This document shows, in pieces, positions 43,969 through 55,900 of a DNA stretch of 64,000 bases. The translations under genes were made by a program, and so were the position numbers. Numbering within the stretch: position 1 is the stretch's first letter; each line of letters starts with the position of its first letter. The DNA lies in assembly GCF_002571385.2 (NCBI RefSeq), contig NW_019217871.1:186062-250061 (forward strand), read 5' to 3'. Below the pieces are notes generated by a model. That model searched no databases. It saw only the letters and a list, made by a program, of their open reading frames with translations, and was not told the DNA's origin. The stretch is from Stylophora pistillata (Eukaryota).

Positions 43969-46472
43969 ATGAGGTAGGGAAGAAATTTACCTCTGAACTA
44001 TATTGACGTAGTTTGCTTCTTTAAATTGGCTCTGATTTTACATAGTGGGCTTGGATCTGAGAGAGAAGAACTTCTCTTCGCCACTGTTGGATTATTTGGG
44101 AAGAAAAGGGGTGGAACACGTAGAAATTCGATTTAGAACCAGTGCACGTGAAAATAAGTAAACTTGATATGTTCAAGTCTACATGTGTCTTGGTTTGGAA
44201 GAGTCGATCTGTTTCATTGTAATTCTGTGTACGAGAACAGTAGATTAAGTTTTTTACTCTCGTTTATTAAAATTTTTTATCATAAGGCCTAAAATGAAAC
44301 TCTTCATATTTTTATTACGAATTGATGAACAGCAATTTGTTGTCATGCAGTTTTATGTAACCGGTTTTTATCGTAGCAAATGTATGGTGATGTTACCCTG
44401 GTATTACACTCAGAGATAACAATTGTATAAATTTGAGCGTTCAATCACGGTGTTTTGAATAAGTTCTACATGCCAAGCTTAGCAACTCCATGCATCCAAC
44501 TCGGCTTAAGTTTTTGTTGAATGATTGAGTTGTATGTAGGGTTAAAAATATTTGTGGTAGAAGTGTTTTAAAAAACCCACAAGTTGCTGTAGGTTGTTGT
44601 AGGGGTAACTGCAGAATGCAGGGCCTGTGGGTTTTAGCTTAAAGAAATCCTGCAGGAATGAGATAATAAGAACTGGCACTGTATTCTGTATAGTTTTGAT
44701 ACTGTTTTCTTTTATCTTGAAGTACAAACTGCAATCCTGAAAAATGTATAATGACACATAGTTTCAGGGACACCCTGTTTAACATAGCAAACAATGCTTA
44801 GAGACCTTGTTTGATTTCCTCATCCAGCACTTTGCGACTACAAAAGCGGCTGGCAGCCAGTGTCCTAAAATGTGGAAAAAAAAAGATTTGGCTGGATCCT
44901 AATGAGACAAAGGAAATTGCCAATGCCAACTCACGTAAGTTGTGACTGCTCTGAGTTAGGTTGACTTTAAGGACTTATGAGGCTGTTTGAAGGGGCTAAT
45001 TTTTTGTCTGAGATCTTGATGTACCATTTTTTCCCTGGTTAAAATTTTTGTGAGTTCATAGAATTGTTAGTTAGCCTGGAATGTCCCAATTGAGGACTCC
45101 TGCCTGTTTATCTTAGATAAACATTAAACTTTTGACCCTTTTCATTTCAGCGATCAGTCTCAAAATCTCAGTTCCTTTATCATTTAACTCTTATGACCTA
45201 ATTTTTAATTCTCCCCTCTAGCCTCTATAAATTTCCTTTTAAATTGGTTAAGAGAATTTGGTGTTAGATCAAGGTAACAAATTCTAACTGATAGGTTTGA
45301 GTATTCTCATTAACTGTTTGCTGGATAATGGGATAATGTTTGGGTTTTATAGGGAGAAGTTATGTGTTTATCACTTCTAGGAGTAAAATGATTAACTGCA
45401 ATAAAATTTCCCATGTGACCAAAGGCTAAACTTGTTCTGTTAGTGGGTCACTCTTAATGAAGCACCTTTATGAATTGTCTCCACATCTCAAAATTTAACT
45501 TGGGGTTGATGTTGTTTCTGTTTATTTTTATTCTGTAATTTATGGGTGAAGTGTGTGGTAAGTTTTCATCAGCAGTTATTCTGTCAACCAGGCATAGGGT
45601 AAAATATATTATTTAAAAATTCTATGTTGCATGTTGTTATCATGAAGAAAATTCATTTCATTAGACAGTGATTGAAGGAATGATAAAGAACTCATTGTTA
45701 TTTGTAGGTCAGAATATCCGTAAGCTTGTCAAAGATGGTTTGATCATCAAAAAGCCACAGATCATCCACAGCCGCGCTCGTGTTCGAAAGGCAGATGAAG
45801 CCAGAAAGAAGGGTAGACACAGCGGCCATGGTAAAAGGAAAGGTACGGCAAATGCTCGTATGCCTGAAAAGACCATCTGGATGAGACGTATGCGGGTGTT
45901 GCGGAGGTTGCTTCGAAAATACAGGGAGGCAAAGAAGATTGACAACCACATGTACCATAATCTGTACATGAAGGCTAAGGGTAATGTGTTCAAAAACAAG
46001 AGTGTCTTGATGGAATACATCCACAGGAAGAAGGCTGAGAAGCAACGTGCCAAACTCCTCAGGTGAGTGTGTTGTCTTCAACCATTTTTGTGGTTAGAAA
46101 AATTTTCTCAAAGATGGATTTGGTATTGCAGGAAAGTCCTGTGCATATTAGGTGATTGTGTTGTCAAACCTTGATTATCTGGACTTGCCTGATAGTCTGG
46201 TTAATCAAGAGTCCAGATAATCAAGATTCAGGGTAGTTGAAATATGAATGTAAATGTTCTTAAATAATGTGACCAGAGAAGCAAGTCTGGATAATTGAAA
46301 AATCAGGACAACCAAGTTCTGGTTAATGAAGGTTTGACTGTATTAGATCTGGAGCCAAACTAAGGAGTTTTGTTTTTTCTCTGTGAATACAACTTTACAG
46401 TACAATGTAATCTTGCTCAGGTTACAATAATAGTAAAACTTTTTTCCAAGACTATTTGTTAAATTATAAACA

Positions 46473-46503
<31 letters not shown>

Positions 46504-47374
46504 ATTGGTGGACTGGGAGGGACTATTACAAGATAATTTGGTTCCATCAGCTGAGTTGATGATGTGACTTTACCTCCATAGAGAGGCTGTAAAGGTGATC
46601 TTTTGAGCAATAGCCCTTTGTCAGAGTCAATAATGAAGGGCTGAAGCTTGAAACATCAACTTTGTAACCTCTTTAGGGTGGCCATTTCTTAAGAACACTT
46701 CAGTTGAAAAAACCAAATCATCTTGTTTAATTATAACTGGTCATCCACTAGTTTATGTTTTGGTTCTCCCAATAACAGTTGTCTTTCTTAAGTTTGTAAT
46801 GACCTGTTTAATGAACTTAACCGTCCAATTGGCATGTTATTTCACTGTCAATTGTGTCGCACACTATTAAGCCGGCCTGGCCTCATTTTCATTGAGGATG
46901 GGTGACTAAGCGTGCGTAAAACAATTAAAGGAGTTTGTTCTGACTGATCAGTGAGTGCTTACTGACTGAATTGGTCCTGGGCTCCTCTGAAATTCATGTT
47001 CCTCATTCTACCACATTGCAAGGAAAGTGTAGGAAAAACTCCTAAGAGTGACCAGCACATAAATTCTCCTTACATTGAGTGACATGCAGACAGCTAATAA
47101 GAATCAAGGAAAGTTTCAATCTGGAGATATTGTCTTGATGAAACACTGAATTTTGTGGAACATTTAACAAAAAAATGTATGCTATTAGTTAAGAGAAGTT
47201 ACTTAAAGGGTCCAAGGATAATAAAAGTGAAATGTTTTGTCTCATCGCAGTGACCAAGCTGAGGCTCGCCGCCAGAAAAACAAGGCTGCGAAGCAAAGAC
47301 GAGAGGAACGTTTGGAGCAGAAACGCAAGGAAATGATCCAGCAAATTGCAAAAGAGGAAGAGGCAGCAAAATAA
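43969..47374 (+). CDS. RPL19: 60S ribosomal protein L19 (eL19), 196 aa
   Basis: Exons 43969-43973, 44828-44934, 45708-46062, 47251-47374 (591 nt) give [28 protein letters not shown]...[12 protein letters not shown]...DQAEARR. AATAAA at 47401. Confidence 0.97.
46858..46995 (+). ncRNA. Candidate intronic box H/ACA snoRNA (18S rRNA guide; 5' pocket SNORA70-like as recalled)
   Basis: Hairpin 46858-46916 (CGCAC/GTGCG base, CCTCA/TGAGG top), H box AAAACA 46918-46923, hairpin 46929-46986 (AGGAG/CTCCT, GACTGAT/ATTGGTC, CAGTGAG/CTTACTG), tail AAA-TTC. Pocket ATTAAGCCG is complementary to 18S CGGCUUAAU. Confidence 0.65.
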
Positions 47375-48853
47375 ATGTTAATAATCCTTCATTATGTTTG
47401 AATAAAACTTATTTTGTGAGGGCAATGTTTGGTTTGATTTTTACTTTCTTCTTGGTGAATTCCACACAACTTGAACTTAAAAAGCCACAAAAGACTAAGA
47501 AGGAACTAGAATATAATTTCTTGAAGCTTTGATTGTTAAAAAATTTCTCCTAGTCAGTACCAAAGAAAATGTAGGGAGAAGCATGTGGAGAATTTAGATA
47601 TTGATGTTAGCCTAAGGTATGGAGGTTAAATTCTCAGCTTAATCAGTCTTAGTTTAAGTTCAACTGAAGCTCTGCCTTTGAATTATAAACTCAAATGGTG
47701 CAAGACTTGTAGACTGTGTTGATAAATTCACCTTTGATGCGTAGCAATAGCAATGAATCTTACAACACTTGGCAAACACAAATACTGAAAGATGTATTTG
47801 TTAGACAAGAAGCCTTGTAATGTCCTGATGGTCTCCCATGGTTCAGACATTAAATTCAGTTTTAGTTACTAGCACTTTTTAAAGTGGTTTCTTTTCAAAA
47901 TTACTTACACACAGCAGCATTCAAATAACTCAGGACCCACTCATGTTCACACAAAAAAATGTTCAATCCACTCAACATGCAAGGCTTGGTAATTGGAATG
48001 TCGCAGGGGGTTTGTATATTTTGAAATTGGGCTTTCTTATGAGTAACCCAAAATTTGCATGGGTCATGAATTTCTATTGCATTGAAAAATATGCCCAACA
48101 GTTATTTACCACCTTGGTACAATTTAAGTCTGGTTCATGAATGCCCCCCAATACTCCAAGTAAATTGAAAAGTTCTTAACATCCTATAAAGTGCCTGGTT
48201 TAGGCTCATTTTGCTGTTGTTCAGAGTCTGGTCTTGATGCCTTGTGCATTTTATACCTTCTTAAAATATTTAATGGACCTGTGATGGTATGTGATATGTG
48301 ACTGAAGGTTAGCACCTTGCTAAGTTCCATTACTATGAACATTTGTAATGAAGGATGAAACTGAAAGTTGTTTCAACAGATATCTTAAAAATGGACCAAA
48401 TGGAAGCGTTTCCCGAAATACTAAAAAATCACCAGAGATCTAAGTTATTTTTCCCTTGAATAAGTTGCTAAAAGTTATTGCAATAGGTTTTGATAAGTGC
48501 TGGCAAAAGGGTGCAATCATCATATGCAAATTACCTGAAATATGGACCTTCTGTGGCCTGACCTCTGATAAGCGACCATTTCACATAAGCGACCATTTCA
48601 AATAAGCGACCACCTGGATTTGACAATTCGGAAGGTCGCTTATCAACTGTAGGTAAGTTTAGATCAATTCTCTGTCTGTCAGCTCATTTATGTCGAATTA
48701 AAGTCAGTTTTAAGAAGATAGTGCTTTTACTTTTGCAGAGAGAAACAGTTAAATTATCATCACCTGGATGTTGAACTACAGAGCTTACTTTTTTTCATCC
48801 AAAAGAAATCTGCCACTAAAGTTTCAACTATCTACTGTGCAGTAAAACTGCCA

Positions 48854-51727
48854 TCAACAGAAGTTTGCACAGGGCACATATTTAATGTCAAAGTTATGTT
48901 TCTGTAACACATCTTCTCTGACTGTCTCTTTCTTCCACTCATCCGATCCATCGCAACAGTCACATATTCCATCATTGATGCGAGAAGAAGGCAAGTAACG
49001 ATTTTCACCAATGCAGTAGAATCTAAAAAAGACAAAATCATCAACTTAGCGAAGAGACAGTAAAGAGTCCTGAGAAAATTGTGGAAGTTAGAATGACAAT
49101 CATAAACCTGCATATTCATGACCATCATCAAGCAGACAAGCGATGAGAATAAATTGTACAGCTTGACACTGTCATCATGATTTTGCAGCATAGTATATCC
49201 TTCAGTTTATTGAAAATCTAAATAATATCAGCAAAACAAAAACCACAATACCTTGTGCTAATATTTTTACCAGCACATCTTGCAAAAAAAGTAGTGATAT
49301 TAGAGACCTTAGGTAACTAGATGCTGGTGATTCTTAGTGGTTTGAAGGGTTTTAAAGACATCACTGAAGCTTTCACTACTCTTCAATCTCAGCTTGCAGA
49401 ACAGACAGCACTTTTTCGAATATTTTTAGGCAAGTAGAGACAATTGTCAGGGGAGAGCAGGAGGTGAGCAAGAACGACAATTTGTTTTGTCTCTTCCATA
49501 TCCCTGGTGACACTTGCATAAAAAAAAAAACTCAAAAAAAAAAAAAAAAAAATCTGCCTGGTCCACAGGCCAACCTCTGTCTGATCAATTTTGCTATTTG
49601 TCTAACTCTGGCTTGGTGTGTTCACCTGGTGTTTGGACATGCTCCGGTACCTGGTTCGTCACTACCATCGGGACAATCACAGTAATCATCATTAACAAAT
49701 GCCCAACTGATGCTCAGTTCTCCATCAAAACATGCAAAGAAGCCCAGTTGGTTAGGCTGATAACTTGATGCGTTTGAGGGTGCCACCCCTAAAACACCTA
49801 AAATGGAGAATAACAGTAATCACCTATCAGCTGTTATGATTTTTCTGAGGGAAAAACTACATCTCCCAACAACAGTGACTCAAAACAAGCTGGCGACCGC
49901 CAGAGTTCCACCGGCCACTTGATGGTATGTCGCCGGCTACTCTGGTCATAGCAGTCTGCTTGTAACAAACAATCTCGGCATTATCACAGCCGCCTACTTT
50001 TCCCGAGTTGATAGGGAAGTTGTTTTTACACAGGGCTAACCTCACGATTTTCCCTTTTCAAGATGTATTTTTTACATTTGTGTTGTAGCTTCCTGAATAA
50101 ATGTTATGTTATGTTATGTTGGCCGCCTACTTTAAAATATTTTGAAACCCCTGCAACAAAAGCAAGAGAGAGAGAAAGTCAGAGAGTACTACACCCCCTG
50201 TACTGCACGTAAAAATCACGTAATTGGGCGATTAAGTGTGCGCACATTTTGAGAACATGGCTTTAAGTTTAAATTGCATAATTTTGGTGCTTTGTACAGC
50301 TAACCACACTAAAGGAGTGGCTAAGGGTTAGGTTAGGGTTAGGGTTATACATGATGCCTGTTTAAGCCCAAAAATAATAATGTGATCTATGAATGTTACA
50401 GAAAGGCAAGCTAGGGTGAGATTTAAACTTTTCCTTTTTAAATTGGTGTCATATGAAATACTGTTTTAAATATATGTGACACCTGGATTTTTCTCCAATT
50501 TTTGCCTGAAATGGAATCAGGACTCCCCCCCCTCCCCCCCGTCCTGGCCCCACTTCAGTCATTGGTACTATGCTCCTTTAATGCTGACACTGTTCACAAT
50601 CAGCCAAACAAATGAAGTTGACCAATGTTGATTTGAGGAGCAGAGCTGACTGAAGCCATAAAATGTCAGGAGGGGGACTTGTTTATGAGGGGGTTGGGGC
50701 TGTATGCCTATTGTCTTTTCCAGCATGCAAATCAGAGATTCCACACCAGAGTTCAAAAGTTAAACACAAGTAATAAAACTGTTGTCATACTATTTTATTC
50801 TTAAAAGTCCCTTGAAAAGTGAATTAGCCTTACAAGAATCTATCAGTTTCCATTAAAGTGGTTTCTAAACTTTTTCCTCATCATAGAGGGGATTTCCTGG
50901 AACAGGAAAAAAGATCACAGATTTTTCAGGAACTCCAAAGGATCAATGAGTCATGAGCCATAAGAGGTTTTTGTTGTTTAAACAACAGGCTGAATAATAC
51001 ACACATTTTGAGTGGTTCTTACCTATGATCTAATGGAGGACAGATGCATTGGTGACATCACAATTAGCAATATTCTGCTTTGTTATTATATAACATAGAG
51101 GGTCTGTGCAGTAATTAATCACAATAATGTGGAAGAACACCTGTAACACACTCAGCTACACCTTTCCACATTTTGACGTCATCAGGATCTGACGCACTTG
51201 CATTGACATAGAATCTATTTGTCAATTTCACAGACTTTTGAACTCAGGTTTAGTGCCCTATTACGTTTGAACTTTCGTTCCTATTTTTGGAAATCACCTG
51301 CACTGTTTAGTCATGCGATAACCGGCTCCAAATTTAAGAAATCAATTAATTAAAGGAACTAATTTGTCTCCAGGAATATAAAATAGAAGTTGCCTTCTAA
51401 AACGGAAAGTTAGAAGGAAAAAATATGATATGACACATATTGGACTGACATCAAAGCGGTGACAAACCATAGATTTGGATCGTCACCTTTCTTTTTGCAG
51501 TGGGCGGATGTTTGCAAGCCACTTTCCGGCGAGCAGTTTTGCTGGGTCATCTTTCGGCTCAGCTGATCATGACTTCCAAGCTTAATGTTTTGATCATGTG
51601 TCACTCTTTCGTCGTGGGTTTTTTCAACAAGAAGTTTGTATGATCTCCAATGTGTAACAAGAAAAAGCAGTATTACAAAGCCAAAGCTGAGAAAAATGAA
51701 AGACTTCCTGGATCTCACAAATCTCAT
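48854..51727 (-). CDS. Glucosidase II beta (PRKCSH)-like N-terminal-domain protein, predicted type II membrane, ~190 aa
   Basis: Exons 51727-51487 (basic N-terminus plus hydrophobic [15 protein letters not shown]; donor AAG|GTGACG inferred), 49788-49626 ([36 protein letters not shown]) and 49022-48854 ([29 protein letters not shown]...CANFC*). Confidence 0.8.
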
Positions 51728-51900
51728 TTAACTAATATTTTGATTTACATCCTGCGGCTTCGAAAAATGAATTGTTTCTATCGTCCCCCAGGACATGGGA
51801 ACTAATGAAAAAGGAAACGTTTGACGTCATCTTCGCCCAAGTGGTCACATGACCTGGGGAAACAATTCAAGATCGGTCTAGGAAGATTCGGACAAGAGAA
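51728..51900. promoter_or_regulatory. Bidirectional promoter PRKCSH-like/RNF19 with CRE and CLEAR/M-box-like sites
   Basis: TGACGTCA 51822-51829; GGTCACATGACC 51843-51854. Candidate RNF19 5' UTR donor AAG|GTAAGT after 52338. Confidence 0.55.
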
Positions 51901-52928
51901 ACGTTTATTTTGCCGTTGTTGGTTGAGAAATCATTTTGCTTCCATAGTTGTTCGCACTACCTCGTAGAATTTCGTTATATTCTCTCAAAATTGATTCCGT
52001 GTTAGGCTTTGGTTAAGTATTTTTCAGCTCGCAAGTATTCGCTTGGAAACGGCTAGACTGTTTTGAGTTGCAAGGTTGAACATTATTCAAATTCAGTTTG
52101 GTTGTTTTAAATGGAAATGCATCGGAAGTAAAGGCTTTGCTGGGCAAGAATACATTTAAAGGGACTTTTCAATCTTTGCAATTTGAGTTTCTTTTCAGAA
52201 AGGTTAACAACAGAAACCGTTTCCTCGTATCAAATTCGCGTTCGTGGGCTAAAACTCGTTCAAGCTACAAGGCGTTAAAGTGGAATGTCTGACATGTAAT
52301 TTTGAGATTTGACGCAGGAGATCATGTAACCAGGAAAGGTAAGTGAGATTATTCGTCGTGAGTTTTCTTTATTCGAGTTATCATGTAGCTTTTCCTTTTC
52401 ATGGGATAATTCTTCCGTGATAAGTCGACGCAGTTTTTAATTTTGTCATATTTCTAAAAAAGATGTTCAATTTGTTTTGGTTATACTGCCGTCGCTAACG
52501 GAAGATTCTGGGGACTTAAGAAACGAGAAGGAAAAGAGCTGTTGTATTTTCCTCGTAATTTTATTTTTTTTTTTTTAGCAGATTATTGGATACCAGGGTA
52601 AGATAGTATTAAGGCCTATCAATTGTTTCCGCAGAGATGAGAAAGCGTTTCATGTTATTCAGTAATATCACGGACGTATTGGAAGGGAAAATTACCTACT
52701 AAGCTAAATTCGTCTCAAAACGCGTAATGGCCTGTAATATTGTGCCACTTTCGTCGTCGGCACTATATTTTTATAATGTGGAAGTGCTTTAAGTGTATAA
52801 ATTTAAGCTCATGCCCTGAATTAGGGAGAAATCGTACGAATGTACAATACGTGACAGATTGGATTCAATGAAGTTGTGTTGATAATTGTGTTTTTGTTAA
52901 GTTCGAACGGGGGGATTTAATTAAATTC

Positions 52929-55900
52929 ATGGCGAAAGACAGTGGGACTGATGTGGAAAGGAGCAGAGGAACTGTTATGGACGAGCCGTCTTCGAAACAA
53001 AATCGAAATGACGATCGAAGATTTCCACTCAGACGGTTGTTTGGACGATCCAAGACATACAAAGGGGAGAACACAACGGATAAATTCACCCGTAAAAACA
53101 GCACGGAGTCACTGGCTATTTGCCCAGTTTGTTATGCGATGAGAGCGAAATCTCTGTTCCCCGAAATATCAACTTGTGAACATCGATCGTGTTTTGAGTG
53201 CTTGCGGCAGTACATGACAATCGAAATAAATGAATCGCGAGTGAATTTAACTTGTCCTGAATGTTCGGAACGATTTCATCCAAATGATATTAAACTGATT
53301 TTAAATGATGATGTCCTTATGGCGAAATACGACGAGTTTACTCTTCGGAGAACATTAGTTGCCGATCCTGATTGTCGCTGGTGCCCAGCTCCAGATTGCG
53401 GCTTTGCAGTCATAGCATCAGGATGTGCAAGCTGTCCGAAACTGCAGTGTGAAAGACCTGGATGTAACACTGAGTTCTGTTATCACTGCAAGCAAATATG
53501 GCATCCTAATTTGACTTGTGATTCAGCACGACTTCGGCGAGCTACTCACATCAAATCCATTTCTGGATCTGAAGGACGAAGGTCAAGTGGTTCGGATGAC
53601 ATGAAACCATGTCCGAGATGTGGAGCTTTTATTATCAAGATGGATGATGGTTCTTGCAATCATATGACTTGTGCAGTGTGTGGAGCAGAGTTTTGTTGGT
53701 TGTGCATGAAAGAAATTTCAGATCTCCATTACTTGAGGTATGCACTTTAAAATTTCATTTTTACAATTTTATGTATCTGTTTCAGTATTGCTATTGCCTA
53801 CTCTTAGTTAAAGGAGCATTGTCCCTCCTGTAACAGATCCTACTTTTCCTTAGCCAGCTACCTAAATGTTTTGGTTTTTCTATGCCAAGGTTTAAAGTTA
53901 TGTGACTATGTGGCACCGTCATGTCATTCCGTTGTGCATCGTGTCATTCTGTGCAAGAGGTTGTCTAGAAAGATGTGCCATGGTGGTGATGTAAAAACAC
54001 CTTCAATAGCCTAAGGATTTGTGGGAGTCGAACTTGAAAGTCATTCTTGTAGTTGTTTGTGTGGGAGATGTGGGGCTTATTTAGCATCATGGAGTGGGGG
54101 TTAAGAAGTTCATGGGCCCGCCTGGGCTGGATCTCGGTGTAATTATGCCTTGGTGGGCTGGATCTCGGTGTAATTATGCCTTGGTGGGCTGGATCTTGGT
54201 GTAATTATGCCTTGGAGTATCACGTACTTATTGACTGAGTAGAAGGTCTGGATGGGAAAAATATTAACCTGAGTTTGACATTGAGACCAAGTGCAGTGCA
54301 GCCTGTGTGTTGTGACCAAGAGCCCAATATTTTCCTAACTGAACTTGGTCATTAAACATTACATTACAACTTCACGACGGTTTAAGCGTGTACCCACATT
54401 TTTGTGGGTCGATTAAGTATTCATATATGCAGTCTATTGTTTTTCTAATTGAAAATTCATTATTCACGGCACGAACAATTTCCAAAAATGTAGCTAGCTT
54501 GCACGATTGTAAGCACTTTGATGTTAGGTGTGATATATTTCTTTTGTTTCGAGTTTCATGCTCGAACTATGTTTTGACACACTATTGTTTTGTTAAAATT
54601 AACTTTATAATTAAAAGTGGAAAGCCGGAACTTTTATTAAAGATGATGATGCCATAGCCATTGCGTCAAACGGCACTGCTTAGCAAAAAAATATCGAAGG
54701 CTTTGGGTTTCCAATTGAGTTCTCCAGGTCTGGTTTGAAAACTGCAAATTTTTAAACATCTTTCCTCTGTAAACTAATAAAAATGTTTCGCTACTGAAGA
54801 ACAATGCTAAGATCTTAACCATTTGACTTTTGCTGCAGCACCTTTTAAAAGTTATACCAACCGTTCATCAAAGAAACGGTGGCAACTTGTTAACATTGAA
54901 TAAAACGTTAGTTCCCACTTAAAAAAAACCCTCTCTCTTTTTTACTTTGGAAAGCTTACCGAAGTTTCCAATGTTGCTAAAGAAATCTCATATACAAGAA
55001 GTAAACTGATTGGTGTTTGCGAATCGGAACATAGGAAAAGCCCTTCTGTTGACATTTGTGGTCCCGAGTGAAAATTTGCTAAGCAGCCGCATGCAACATG
55101 CTTATCTACAAACTCGCTGACATTTTTAACTCAGCTTCGTTTCTTTGCTTTCGAAAGTTTACTGCATTCTTTTCGGAAAATGCAAAATGCCAAAATTGGA
55201 CTTCACTCAGTCCTATGCAAAACTAGACTACTGCAAAGTGTGAATCTGACTTGTTAATCATGAATATGGTTACAGATGGAATTGGACAACAAAAATCCTG
55301 TTACAAATCAATCAAAACCGACATGTACACAAAATTTGGGAGCCAAACTAGCAATCCATCATACCTTTCCATGTAAAACAACAATTAACTTTGCAAAATG
55401 CACGAGAAGAGCTCACTCATGATGGATACTGCCTAGTTACACAGGCGGGTTGTTTAAATTTCTTATTATAAGCATGACATGTACACTGTCCAACTCATGC
55501 TCAAATTGGTTTCCAGAATTTTGTTTTCATTGTGATCAAATCTGGTAATAATCTTTGACAAAAATGAAAATTTATTTTCTCACTTTAGCCCTTCTGGTTG
55601 TACCTTTTGGGGTAAAAAGCCTTGGAGTCGTAAGAAGAAAATCCTCTGGCAAATGGGAACACTTATAGGTGCACCTCTTGGAATAGCTCTTGCTGCAGGG
55701 GTGGTACTTCCTGCCATGGTGATTGGTATTCCTGTGTATGTTGGCCGACAGGTAAGAGCCTCCCTTTGACTGTCACAATCCCTGATGGATGTTTGTCTTC
55801 CACTTTGTTTAGTTCTGTGTAAATGTGTACACAACCCACCTCTCTCACAGAAAGACTTCTGATCATGAGAGTCTTCTTGACTAAAATTGAAGTGGGAAAT

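Noticed and set aside
43974-45707. Additional snoRNAs in RPL19 introns 1-2
   Set aside because: Some short hairpins and ACA triplets, but no convincing box arrangement or rRNA complementarity by eye.
50325-50348. Interstitial telomere (TTAGGG)
   Set aside because: Only about three imperfect units inside an intronic repeat; uninformative.
50568-50756. Extra exon of the PRKCSH-like gene
   Set aside because: No suitable phase-1 GT donor found; exon 1 joins 49788 in frame without it.
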